Virus record (IMG/VR): IMGVR_UViG_3300009130_000021
Location: 6,796 to 70,795 of that record
Source: a virus
Direction: 5' to 3' (one strand)
Length of the DNA stretch: 64,000 nt
The first letter of the stretch is position 1. Each line of letters starts with the position of its first letter. This document shows positions 20,506 through 29,782 of this stretch, one piece after another. The notes beneath the pieces were generated by a model. That model did no database searches, was not told the origin of the DNA, and was given only the letters and a program-made list of their open reading frames with translations. Made by a program: the position numbers and the translations under genes.

Positions 20506-21630
20506 TCAAGTATGAACTCTGCTATTATTGGTATGGCGCAAAAGTTTAAGAACTCTATGCCTCTTTTAGAGGAAATAGGACAATTTGGATCTCTTAGGGC
20601 TCCTGATGCAGGTGCACCTAGATATATTTCAACTAAACTTCATAAGAACTTTAGATTATTATATAAGGACTTCGAGCTATTAAATCCTAGATTTGAAGAG
20701 GGTAATGAGATTGAACCTGATTACTTTCTTCCAATAATACCTACAGTTTTATTAAATGGAAGCTCTGGTATTGCCGTAGGGTTCGCTACTAACATTCTAA
20801 ATAGAAATCCTTTAGATCTTATTAACTGCTGTTTAAAAGAATTGGAAGGTAAATCATTTAAAGAGCCTATTCCATGGGTTCATGGATTTACTGGAACATG
20901 TACTAAGCAAGAAGATACTCAAGGATCTTGGACATTTAGAGGTAAATTTGAAGTTAAGAATACTACAACAGTAGAAGTATCTGAATTGCCTCCATCAATT
21001 ACTTACTTAAAGTACGATGACTATTTAAATGGTCTTGAAGATACTAGAAAACTTACTTCTTATGATAACAATTGTAAATCTGACGTAAACTATGTTTTGA
21101 AATTTACCAGAGCCAACTTAGCGGAATTGGTAAAGAAAAACAGGCTCGTTCGATTCCTTAAAATGGAAGAGCGCCAAACTGAAAACTTTACAGTATTAGA
21201 CGAGAACGGTAAACTTAAGATATTTAACGATTCTACTGAAATCATAAAGTATTTTGTTAACTTTAGACTTAAGTTCTACGATAAAAGAAAAAGATTCCTT
21301 ATTGATCAATTAACTAAGGTATTAACAGTTCTTTCTAATAAGGCTAAATTTATTAAAATGATAATTGAAAATAAGCTTAAAGTAAATAACGTACCAAAAG
21401 CAGATATTATCAAATCTTTAGAATCTAAAGGATTCGATAAAGTAGATGGATCTTTTTCTTACTTATTAAATATGGCAATTCATTCCCTTACTAAAGAGAG
21501 ATATGAAGATTTATTGAAACAAGTAGGAGACAAGAAAGAAGAATTAAAAGTAATTAAAGGCACTAAGCCATCTGATATGTATAAGAAGGACTTAGAGGAT
21601 CTTAAAAAAGCAATTAGAAAAGAATATTAA
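20386..21630 (+). CDS. Split intein C-part (aa 1-40) fused to topoisomerase II gp52/GyrA-like C-extein
   Basis: MKIKSIK...FYDITVDKHHNF...VTHN then S; GQFGS, active-site APRY, LLNGSSGIAVGFAT. Confidence 0.92.
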   Translation: MKIKSIKVNKLDSKKNFYDITVDKHHNFVIGMKSKIVTHNSSMNSAIIGMAQKFKNSMPLLEEIGQFGSLRAPDAGAPRYISTKLHKNFRLLYKDFELLNPRFEEGNEIEPDYFLPIIPTVLLNGSSGIAVGFATNILNRNPLDLINCCLKELEGKSFKEPIPWVHGFTGTCTKQEDTQGSWTFRGKFEVKNTTTVEVSELPPSITYLKYDDYLNGLEDTRKLTSYDNNCKSDVNYVLKFTRANLAELVKKNRLVRFLKMEERQTENFTVLDENGKLKIFNDSTEIIKYFVNFRLKFYDKRKRFLIDQLTKVLTVLSNKAKFIKMIIENKLKVNNVPKADIIKSLESKGFDKVDGSFSYLLNMAIHSLTKERYEDLLKQVGDKKEELKVIKGTKPSDMYKKDLEDLKKAIRKEY

Positions 21631-21631
21631 T

Positions 21632-21847
21632 ATGGAAGATAAAGAAAAATACGAAGAAATAGACGTAAGTAAGCCAGAGGAAAATTATTTTCAAGCAAAT
21701 CCTGCTAAATTCTATAAATTAGATATTAGCAAAGTGAAAACAGTTAAGCATGTCGTTAGAGTATTAGATGCTTTTGGAATGAAAGTAATGGAAGGATCTG
21801 AAGCTTACGAAAAGATAAAAGATCTATTAATTGAAGATGAACAATAG
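21632..21847 (+). CDS. Hypothetical protein
   Basis: Short ORF directly after topoisomerase. Confidence 0.55.
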   Translation: MEDKEKYEEIDVSKPEENYFQANPAKFYKLDISKVKTVKHVVRVLDAFGMKVMEGSEAYEKIKDLLIEDEQ

Positions 21848-21959
21848 CGACGTAATAGTAATATGTTCCAATTGTGGAAAGACTAAGCTTAAATGGGAGA
21901 CTGTATGTCCTCATTGTAAAGATGTGGACGAAAGTTCTATAAAAGCTAACAAGAAGTAG
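21837..21959 (+). CDS. 40-aa zinc-ribbon peptide
   Basis: Below the track cutoff: MNNSDVIVICSNCG...VCPHCK... Confidence 0.5.
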   Translation: MNNSDVIVICSNCGKTKLKWETVCPHCKDVDESSIKANKK

Positions 21960-21967
21960 TATAATAT

Positions 21968-22127
21968 AAATATACATACGGTAATACCCTAAGAAATAGG
22001 ATTAAGAAAGTTCTCAGAAAATGAGGTAAAGCCTATGTACGATAACCTTAAAAGGCTCGTGCAGGTCGCTGTCAGAATAGGAACGGAAGCGGTAAAGACA
22101 CATCTTTCAAAACCTAAGTGTATATTT
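21968..22127 (+). ncRNA. Candidate multi-stem structured RNA, family not recognised
   Basis: Closing stem AAATATACAT/GTGTATATTT encloses five hairpins; TATAAT immediately upstream. Confidence 0.55.
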
Positions 22128-22139
22128 TATATTTTTACT

Positions 22140-22334
22140 ATGGAAGCAAAAACAATAAACGATTTCATTAAAGAGCTTCAATCTATAAGCGAAGACAAAA
22201 GAAATCTACCTCTTATTATACAATGTCCGAACGGACTAGAAGTATACCCCTCAATTAAAATGAAATTTGAAAATTATGGATCTCCTCTTTTAGGTGATAA
22301 ATTGGAGTCTATGATGATAACTTGGAAAGATTAA
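22140..22334 (+). CDS. Hypothetical protein
   Basis: Start moved to ATG 22140 (MEAKTINDF), downstream of the structured region. Confidence 0.55.
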   Translation: MEAKTINDFIKELQSISEDKRNLPLIIQCPNGLEVYPSIKMKFENYGSPLLGDKLESMMITWKD

Positions 22335-22338
22335 TATT

Positions 22339-22716
22339 ATGAAAGGAGCAGAATTAGCGCCACTTTTTGAAACTGGTCAGTATGGTAGATTATACATTAC
22401 TTCTAGTAGTCATGCAAGAGGAAAGACTTTAAGAATTCAAGTTCTACCTGAAGGACAAAAAGCAAAACCTAACGGATCTGTTAATTTATGTACTAATAAA
22501 GATGCAGTTCTAGTATATGGAGTAGTTGCAGGTAATCCAGGATGGACTGAAGAATATGGATGGTTACATCATGGACCGTGGAAAGACGATTTCCATAATC
22601 TAGTTAAAGAAAAGCAAGAAGCTTTAGAAAAAGATAAACTAGAAAGAGAAGCTAGGAAAAAGGCTAAAGCTGAAAAAGAAGAAAATCGAATTAATAATTT
22701 ATTATCTAACTATTAA
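22339..22716 (+). CDS. Hypothetical protein
   Basis: Track ORF with charged C-terminal helix. Confidence 0.6.
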   Translation: MKGAELAPLFETGQYGRLYITSSSHARGKTLRIQVLPEGQKAKPNGSVNLCTNKDAVLVYGVVAGNPGWTEEYGWLHHGPWKDDFHNLVKEKQEALEKDKLEREARKKAKAEKEENRINNLLSNY

Positions 22717-22719
22717 GAT

Positions 22720-22896
22720 ATGGCTGGAGACGATCCAATAAACGACATTACTCCTTGTAAGATTTATACTTACGCTGAAGCATGTAATTACATGAAAGAG
22801 GAGAATAAGAAACCTACTGATATTTATAAACCTCCTACTAAGTGGGTTGATGTTAATACAGGTAAGGAAGTAATTATCGGTTATAGCGGGTTCTAA
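22720..22896 (+). CDS. Hypothetical 58-aa protein
   Basis: Fills the gap exactly (MAGDDPIND...GYSGF); TAATG-coupled to the next ORF. Confidence 0.5.
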   Translation: MAGDDPINDITPCKIYTYAEACNYMKEENKKPTDIYKPPTKWVDVNTGKEVIIGYSGF

Positions 22897-23246
22897 TGAA
22901 TAGAGAGGATTTTGATTTTGAATTCGTAGATTCTGATTTTTCAGCTGCTGGAACAGGAACTTGTCCTAATTGTAGAAAAGGAATATGTTTCTTACCTGAT
23001 ATTACAAGTCAAGTTAAAAGCGAATATAAACCTTTACTTGATCTAGAAAAAACTCACGGAATTAGAGTAACTGAATTAGAAAGAATCAGGACTAAAGAAT
23101 GGACATGTACAGGATGCATAGTTTTAAAATTAAAATCTATGGATAATGATAGAATAAAAGAAGACATAGCATTATTATTAGTAATAGGATTTATTGCATC
23201 TTTAATATCAGTAATATATTACTTTATAAAGTTAGATTTAGTATAG
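22896..23246 (+). CDS. Zn-binding protein with C-terminal transmembrane helix
   Basis: CPNC, CTGC, hydrophobic C-terminus. Confidence 0.55.
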   Translation: MNREDFDFEFVDSDFSAAGTGTCPNCRKGICFLPDITSQVKSEYKPLLDLEKTHGIRVTELERIRTKEWTCTGCIVLKLKSMDNDRIKEDIALLLVIGFIASLISVIYYFIKLDLV

Positions 23247-23460
23247 ATCAAAATATACGTCAAAAGTCATATAACCAATCTCAATATTCAATATACACTG
23301 AAATAAAAGAAGGTTGTCATACTGTATGGGAAAAGACTTCCGTTGTATATCTATCTCAAATAGATTCAACTTCATGTGCAGATTATAATAAAGCTGAGCA
23401 TGTTTTGGAAGTCATAGAGGAATCCAATTGTAGCAAGTAATTGAATATACATATAAAAGG

Positions 23461-23488
23461 AAAGGGAATCCCGTAGGATTCCCTTTTT
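23461..23488. terminator. Bidirectional intrinsic terminator
   Basis: AAAGGGAATCC-CGTA-GGATTCCCTTTTT between convergent units, downstream of the major capsid gene. Confidence 0.85.
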
Positions 23489-23514
23489 ATTTGATGTTAA
23501 TCTAATTATTAAGA

Positions 23515-25149
23515 TTATGCGATAACCGCTCCTCCTGTTAGAACACCTAAGTCTCCAGTAACATCCATATTTACATATTGAGTTTCTGGGTGCCATCCAG
23601 CCTCAGTGATAGCGTATCTAGACTTCATTCCGATTTTCGGAGAGAAAGTTCCCTCAGAAATAGTTTGAAGAGATTCAGCCATGATGAAAGGCATAAATTT
23701 AAGACCTGGTTCTTCATCAGCACCTTTTCTACCGATACAAATTCTAGTATCTCCGAACTTTAAGTTAGGATCAACGTAAACTTGAACACCGTAAACTTTA
23801 CCAGCTGGGTATAAGTTTCCAGCAACTCCACTCATATCAGTTGGAACCTGAGCGATTGAGTAACCAGCAACATCAGCTAAAGCAGAAGCAACTCTACCGT
23901 TAGTGATCATGAATGTACCAGCTCCGAATCTACCTCTGTGGTAAATTAAGTTAGATAATTCAAGAATCTTAGTTACTAATCTTCTTTGTAAAGTAGATAC
24001 GTTCTCGAATCCACCTGCACCAGCAGTTAAATTCAATGAAGTAATACCTGAACCTTCAACTAAATCAACAGTCTCGTTGTGAGCGTCTGCTAATGAGAAG
24101 ATTCTATCAACTAATTGCTTGTTGATTGACTGAGCTAAGTCGTTAACTGCAACGTTTTCTAACATTGAGATTACGTCGTAGTTCCATACTCTGTTCAAGT
24201 CTTGGATTTGCTCTACAGATGCAGAGATCGCAACTTGGTCAGTTCTAGCCTCGATGAACTTAGTGAACATTCTAAGACCCATTTGTCTGAATCTTGATTG
24301 CTCTCCAGCTTCTCTAGACATTCCACCAGGAACAGATCCAGTAGCTCCTAAGTAAGGACCATTGAATGCAGTACCAGCGTAATTATCATCAGATACCGAA
24401 GTAAATCCAGAGATGTGGTTTTCTAATGCAGATACTAATTGAACATCAGCAGATGCAATAGTAACAGCAACAGTTAAAGCTGTACCTATGTCAGTGATAT
24501 CACCAGCTAAGTCAGCAGCTACAGAAGTAGTTGCGTTATCAGTAACAACTTTTAAGATTAAGTGTCCATCAACTCTTGAGAAACCAACGAATTGGTAAGT
24601 TGCAGTAGCAGCAGAGTGAACGATTGCTGTACCTGGAGTTAAAGTACCACCAGCTAATTCAGTTTCAGTTACACCTTGAATCTTAACTAAGTAAGGCTCG
24701 AAATCAGAATCAGTTCTACCACCAGTATATAAATAATCCAAGTAAGGTAAGAAACCAACTGGAGAATCCATAGGAATAACTGGAGCTAAATCGAAACCGA
24801 TAGTTTTAGCTGCAACCTGAATTGCTACAGGTAATAATGAAGGAAACTTATCTCCTGAACCTGAGTCAGCGTAAGAACCTTTTGCACCAGCTGCAAACGG
24901 AGTTTGAGATGGAGTTGGAGCAACAGCGTTACCTATTCCTGGTAAAGCACCTGGAGTTTGGTATAACTGTCCTGGTCCTGAGTACTGCTCGAATACTGGA
25001 GCAGTGTTATCGAAAATTGCGTGGTTGTGTGCGTATTCTGCTAACCAAGGTGTCTTTTCTAAATCAGCTCCGTAACCTTCTAAGATTGGTTGCCAAGTAG
25101 CATTCATCTTAGTGTCGTTTGAACGTCTAAAAATTTTAGTTTTTGCCAT
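23515..25149 (-). CDS. Major capsid protein (gp23-like)
   Basis: V.PM..P.G, S.EQIQDL, G.LYPAG..YG..VYVDP, F.PF, F.PKIGMKSRYA; follows protease-scaffold. Confidence 0.9.
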   Translation of the reverse strand: MAKTKIFRRSNDTKMNATWQPILEGYGADLEKTPWLAEYAHNHAIFDNTAPVFEQYSGPGQLYQTPGALPGIGNAVAPTPSQTPFAAGAKGSYADSGSGDKFPSLLPVAIQVAAKTIGFDLAPVIPMDSPVGFLPYLDYLYTGGRTDSDFEPYLVKIQGVTETELAGGTLTPGTAIVHSAATATYQFVGFSRVDGHLILKVVTDNATTSVAADLAGDITDIGTALTVAVTIASADVQLVSALENHISGFTSVSDDNYAGTAFNGPYLGATGSVPGGMSREAGEQSRFRQMGLRMFTKFIEARTDQVAISASVEQIQDLNRVWNYDVISMLENVAVNDLAQSINKQLVDRIFSLADAHNETVDLVEGSGITSLNLTAGAGGFENVSTLQRRLVTKILELSNLIYHRGRFGAGTFMITNGRVASALADVAGYSIAQVPTDMSGVAGNLYPAGKVYGVQVYVDPNLKFGDTRICIGRKGADEEPGLKFMPFIMAESLQTISEGTFSPKIGMKSRYAITEAGWHPETQYVNMDVTGDLGVLTGGAVIA

Positions 25150-25167
25150 TTTTAAAAAATGTTATTT

Positions 25168-27138
25168 TTATTTACGATACTGTGCTTGTCTTGCAAGTGT
25201 ATCTAGGTAATCAGAGGAATATCCTCTATTGTGCTCAACTACTCTATCTAAAGAGATCATACCTTCTGTACCTTGGCTTTCGTTAAGCTTTTCTTCTACT
25301 TTTAAGTTATTCTGCTCAATTTCAATTCTTTCACTAACTGCTTGTAAGTTTTGATCGTCCCAGAACGATTTAACTTGGTAAGGAGTGTTTAAGTTATATA
25401 ATTGAGATTTAGCGTGAATTCTATTCTTTTCACTTTCATTCATCTGAGACCATAAGTTCTTATATTCTGCAGGCATGAATTTTACGTGATTTGGTAAATC
25501 GTTGTTCTTTGCAGCAACAACTGATTCCATAATTCCCATGATATCAGCTTCATTGAACCAGATAGTAGCTCCTAATGCTTCAACGATTGATTGCTTAGTT
25601 TCTGTATCTAAAGAATAAAAACTTTCTTTATTATCATCTGATAAAGCTTTTAAGAATGGGTGTCTTGATTCTAAAACTGATTTAGCTGAGTCTGTAGTAA
25701 CTTCAGTAATAACTGCTTTTACGTTTTCAACTAATGCATCAACTGAAGCAGATTCGTCAAGTTTTTCAACTTTTCCTAATAACGATCTGTTTCCTAATCC
25801 AGTTTCATTAGAATTTAATGATTCAGCTAAGTATTCGCTGTATTCAATTCCTTGACTTGCTTTTTCAGCAACGTATTCTGAATATTTTCTGTTATCGTTG
25901 ATAGATTCTGCTAAGTAGTTAGAGAATTCAATTCCTTTGTTAGAACCTTCTGCTACGTACTCTGAATATTGGATAGCTTGATCTAATTCTTCAGCTAAGT
26001 AGCTTTGGTATTTAATAGACTTGTTTACGTTTTCCTTGATGTACTCAGCGTAATTAATAGTTTGATTAACTTTTTCTGTGATATGATCTTGGTGAGAAAT
26101 CGCAGATTGTAATTGCTCTGATAAGTAAGATGAATAAGCAATAGAGTTATTAGTAGTTTCAGCTACGTGCTCTGTATAATTAATAGATTTATTAACCATT
26201 TCAGATAAGTAGTCGTTATACTTAACTACACCTTCTAATGTTTCAGCCATTTCGTTAATGAAAGACTTCATACCATCTAATTCAGCATTACCTGTAGTTG
26301 ATTCACTAACAGCTAATTTTTCTTTGATTTCTGCAAATTGCTTTTTAAGTACTTGAGAGTAGCTTTCCATGCTCTCAACTGTTACATACTTGTCAGACAT
26401 ATTATTTTCATTATTTTCAGTGTCCATAGAATTTTCTAATACTGGTTCTATAGAGTTATTTATTTGATCCATCTTATAGATTTTAAAATTATCACCAAAA
26501 TTTAAACTTTCTGATACATCAACTAATTCGTTCTTTTCAACAAAAGAATCAGTTTTAAGACTATCATAGCTTTCAGTAATCATTTTGAAATCTTGCTTAA
26601 GTGATTCATTTACGGTTTTTCTTAGTATTGCTTCAGTAAACCCTGGTTCACCAACTAAGTCGTAAGTAAAGATCTTATGAAGTTTAACTTTTCCTTCGTT
26701 TAAAACTTGTCCAGCAGCTCTAGAAGAAATTGATAAATTAACTCCTCCATCTAATAAAGCTTTTGCAATTTGTCCGTTAGGAGTACCTTCTAAGATTCTT
26801 AATTTGATTTTTACTTCATCTCCTCCATCGTAAGATAAATCTTCGATAAGGTGTGAAGCACTTTTTAAGTTAACATCGAAATGTGGTGGGTGATCTAAAT
26901 CTCCAGTTAAAGATCCTTTAGCGATCTTTTCCTTAAGATACGATAAGTGAGGTAAGTATTCTTCTTTCTCGTAGATCCTTTTGTTATTATTCATTTTTCC
27001 AAAAACTGCACAAGTTCCTTCTAGAATAATATTTTTAGGTTCGTTACTTTTAACAGCTAAATCACGACCAACGTTTTCAACTATTAATACTGAATCACCA
27101 GTTACAACCGATTGGTTATTAGCACTAAGATTTTCCAA
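25168..27138 (-). CDS. Prohead protease (gp21-like) fused to scaffold/core domain
   Basis: N.NKRIY, GDLDHP, TPNG, ISSRAAG, TYDLVGEPGF, then a long acidic coiled-coil repeat region. Confidence 0.88.
   Translation of the reverse strand: MENLSANNQSVVTGDSVLIVENVGRDLAVKSNEPKNIILEGTCAVFGKMNNNKRIYEKEEYLPHLSYLKEKIAKGSLTGDLDHPPHFDVNLKSASHLIEDLSYDGGDEVKIKLRILEGTPNGQIAKALLDGGVNLSISSRAAGQVLNEGKVKLHKIFTYDLVGEPGFTEAILRKTVNESLKQDFKMITESYDSLKTDSFVEKNELVDVSESLNFGDNFKIYKMDQINNSIEPVLENSMDTENNENNMSDKYVTVESMESYSQVLKKQFAEIKEKLAVSESTTGNAELDGMKSFINEMAETLEGVVKYNDYLSEMVNKSINYTEHVAETTNNSIAYSSYLSEQLQSAISHQDHITEKVNQTINYAEYIKENVNKSIKYQSYLAEELDQAIQYSEYVAEGSNKGIEFSNYLAESINDNRKYSEYVAEKASQGIEYSEYLAESLNSNETGLGNRSLLGKVEKLDESASVDALVENVKAVITEVTTDSAKSVLESRHPFLKALSDDNKESFYSLDTETKQSIVEALGATIWFNEADIMGIMESVVAAKNNDLPNHVKFMPAEYKNLWSQMNESEKNRIHAKSQLYNLNTPYQVKSFWDDQNLQAVSERIEIEQNNLKVEEKLNESQGTEGMISLDRVVEHNRGYSSDYLDTLARQAQYRK
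25810..26230 (-). repeat. Ten 14-aa coding repeats in the scaffold domain
   Basis: Units such as IQYSEYVAEGSNKG and IEYSEYLAESLNSN; coordinates approximate. Confidence 0.75.
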
Positions 27139-27150
27139 TAGTTCTCAATT

Positions 27151-27164
27151 TTTTATTATTTATA
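27151..27164 (-). promoter_or_regulatory. Late promoter (T4 TATAAATA-like) for the protease/capsid operon
   Basis: TATAAATAATAAAA just upstream of the start; representative of about 16 similar sites. Confidence 0.7.
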
Positions 27165-27203
27165 TTTAATAAACTTGAAAAAATTGAAAAATTGTGCTCT
27201 AGA

Positions 27204-28172
27204 TTATGAAAGGATTGATTTAAGTGTATTTATATTTTCATCTGATAGATCAGACAAATCTGGACAGATGATATTAAACTTTATAGTATAGTTACCCATG
27301 TCTCCATTTTCTTTCTTAAGACCTTCTCCTTTAATGTTAAACTTAAGATTATTTAAGGTTTCTGGAGAGTTAATTTCAGCTCTATATTTTTTACCTACTA
27401 TAGTTTCTACTTCTACTTTTTCTCCTGGTATTAAAGCAGTTGTTAAAGGAATATCTAAATATTGAACAATATTATACCCGTCTATTTCCATATCCTCAGG
27501 GACATCTATTTCTACTTTTAGATTACAATCACCTTGAACCATAGTCGACTCAGGCTCTCCCCAGATATTAGGCTTAGATACTACAGACTCATTACCTAAT
27601 CCTTTTAATTTAATATTGACAAAATACTTTCCGTTTTCTTTAATTACCTTAGCATGTTTCTCAGTAAGTTTTAAGAATACATTTATCTTTTTATCCTCTA
27701 AGTTAGATTTAAATGAAGAGTCTACGGTTGATCTTTGATATTCTAATTTAATAGGATTTCCTTCTATCGCATCTATAATCGATATTAAAGTATCTCTATT
27801 AATATTCAAATAAGAATAATCCTCACTTTTAGGTCTTCTAAATGCTGATCTATTAAACTTTCCTCCAAATGTTTCATTTACCGCTTGGTCCCATGTTTTA
27901 TGAAATGAATCTTCTTTAGGTCTACGTCCCCTATTTCCAAATCCACCGAATCCTCCTGAGAATGGATTAGATCTAGATTGATCATATGATTTTCTTTTAC
28001 TTGAATCTCCTAGAGTTTCGTATGCTTCTGCTATCTCTTTAAATTTAACATCTGCACCTTCTTCTTTATTCTTATCAGGGTGATATTGAAGAGCAAGCTT
28101 TCTATATGCCTTTTTTATTTCAGCATCAGTTGCTTTTTCATTAACCTCTAGTATTTTATAAAAGTCTTTCAT
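27204..28172 (-). CDS. dnaJ: DnaJ/CbpA-type co-chaperone
   Basis: J-domain with HPDKN, G/F-rich linker, C-terminal domain, no zinc finger. Confidence 0.88.
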   Translation of the reverse strand: MKDFYKILEVNEKATDAEIKKAYRKLALQYHPDKNKEEGADVKFKEIAEAYETLGDSSKRKSYDQSRSNPFSGGFGGFGNRGRRPKEDSFHKTWDQAVNETFGGKFNRSAFRRPKSEDYSYLNINRDTLISIIDAIEGNPIKLEYQRSTVDSSFKSNLEDKKINVFLKLTEKHAKVIKENGKYFVNIKLKGLGNESVVSKPNIWGEPESTMVQGDCNLKVEIDVPEDMEIDGYNIVQYLDIPLTTALIPGEKVEVETIVGKKYRAEINSPETLNNLKFNIKGEGLKKENGDMGNYTIKFNIICPDLSDLSDENINTLKSILS

Positions 28173-28244
28173 ATCTAATAATTAGTACAGTTATTTATTA
28201 ATTAGTTTCATTATTAAGTATTATTATAAAAACTATAAATCATC

Positions 28245-28520
28245 ATGATAGAAGGATTTAAAAAACATAGGCACGAAAGAAACCCTTTAGAAAAAGAGTT
28301 ACATGATAAGTTCTTAACTGATCATAATGCAGCAGGTCAAGTTGGTGATATGGATAGTATAGTATTCGGTCACGATACTAGTTTATATCCTTTAGATAAT
28401 TTATCTGATAGGGAGAGACGTATAGTTGTGAGTACTATTCAATGGTTAGGATCCCCAGTAGGTCAATGTTTTTTAGCCGACTGTGGATTTAAATTAAAGA
28501 GGAATGGCAAAGAAGGTTAG
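28245..28520 (+). CDS. Hypothetical protein
   Basis: Track ORF; IQWLGSPVGQ.FL segment. Confidence 0.55.
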   Translation: MIEGFKKHRHERNPLEKELHDKFLTDHNAAGQVGDMDSIVFGHDTSLYPLDNLSDRERRIVVSTIQWLGSPVGQCFLADCGFKLKRNGKEG

Positions 28521-28728
28521 AATAGTAGAACGTATACATGTTGATGGTACTATTAAGTACGTAATTCAACAAAAGCATTTCTTATTTAGATGGTTGTGGG
28601 TTGACGCATGGATTAATAGAGGAGTAGAATGTAATGATTCGTATTATTCTTTAGAAGAGGCTGAAAAGAACCTTTGCTACTTCGACGGTAGTAGATCTAA
28701 ACAAAAGGTTGTTAAATATGGGAGTTAA
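28504..28728 (+). CDS. Hypothetical protein
   Basis: Track ORF overlapping its neighbours. Confidence 0.55.
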   Translation: MAKKVRIVERIHVDGTIKYVIQQKHFLFRWLWVDAWINRGVECNDSYYSLEEAEKNLCYFDGSRSKQKVVKYGS

Positions 28729-29026
28729 AAATATATTCTATTTTATACAAGGTCATTTAAAAAGATTAGGAGACGATCTTAATCTTATTCCTGAGCATCA
28801 AAGAGAACAGGTAGTATATAGATCTAATATATGCAAAAATGATTGTATGAAACATGGTTATTGTATATTCTGTGGATGCGATGTTCCTGAAAAGTTATAC
28901 AATAAAAGATCTTGTAATAGCGGTAAGAGATTTCCTGATATGATGAATGAAGAAGATTGGGAAAAATTCAAGAAATCCAATAACATTAATTTTATTAAAT
29001 ACGACGATTCTACTTCGAAACCTTAA
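28709..29026 (+). CDS. Cys-rich hypothetical protein
   Basis: C...C...CIFCGC...C; start may be ATG 28718. Confidence 0.55.
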   Translation: MLNMGVKNIFYFIQGHLKRLGDDLNLIPEHQREQVVYRSNICKNDCMKHGYCIFCGCDVPEKLYNKRSCNSGKRFPDMMNEEDWEKFKKSNNINFIKYDDSTSKP

Positions 29027-29768
29027 CTGTTTCAGAAAGAGCAAAACTTTTGAATTGTTCTACTAAAGTAGCAGCCATTCCTAAGCTTGTAGGTAATTTA
29101 GCATCAATTAAAGCTGCCATTTGAGTAAGTAATAAAAATAGTTGATCTCCTAGAACTGCACTTCCGGTAACAGGACTATGTCCAACTTTAACAAAGTTAC
29201 CATTTATCCAAATATCATTAGAAGTAGCTTCAATTTCACTTCCAGAAGTCATATTTATAGTACTATTTGAAGTAACATTGATTTCTCCTCCTCTTAATTC
29301 TATCGAAGAAGCAGAATCTGCATGTTCTATTGTAATAGCTCTATCTTGACCTATATTAATTCTAGATCCTTTAAGCTGAATAGTAATTCCTTTATTTAAA
29401 GTAAACCAAATCTTTAATTCTTCATCTCCGTCGAATAGCATAATGTGAGTACCTGCATATTCTCCTTCTTTGTTAAGCTCTTCTTTGATTCCTTCTTCTA
29501 ATTCGTGAATTCCATAGTATTCTGGACTGTACTCATTGCCATTATTGAACTTAACTGCAACAATAGATCCAACTTTAGGAATAGAAATAGAACCTGCACC
29601 TCCTTTTCCACCAAAATATACACTTTTTTGTTGTGGATATGCATAAGGAATGTCTTCAGCCGGTATTCCTTCATGTAAACCAAATATTCTAACTTTACAT
29701 CGACCTTCTTTTCTGTCGTCTTTGATATCTTCAACTATTCCTACGTATGTTTGATCGTATTTGTTCAT
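29010..29768 (-). CDS. Baseplate spike/hub protein (gp5 OB-fold, VgrG-like beta helix)
   Basis: G.VED..D...GRCKVRIFGLH, IPKVGS.V.V.F. Confidence 0.82.
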   Translation of the reverse strand: MNKYDQTYVGIVEDIKDDRKEGRCKVRIFGLHEGIPAEDIPYAYPQQKSVYFGGKGGAGSISIPKVGSIVAVKFNNGNEYSPEYYGIHELEEGIKEELNKEGEYAGTHIMLFDGDEELKIWFTLNKGITIQLKGSRINIGQDRAITIEHADSASSIELRGGEINVTSNSTINMTSGSEIEATSNDIWINGNFVKVGHSPVTGSAVLGDQLFLLLTQMAALIDAKLPTSLGMAATLVEQFKSFALSETVKVSK

Positions 29769-29782
29769 ATTAATTTATACTG

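Noticed and set aside
22060-22095. SRP RNA-like CAGG...GGAAGC segment
   Set aside because: The conserved helix 8 symmetric loop and GNRA tetraloop cannot be built.
22035-22139. N-terminal extension of the 22035-22334 ORF
   Set aside because: It overlaps the stem-rich region; ATG 22140 has the A/T-rich context used by other genes.
23247-23460. Apparent ~210-nt gap as a second ncRNA
   Set aside because: No convincing stems; it may hold a small unannotated ORF, and I could not support either call.
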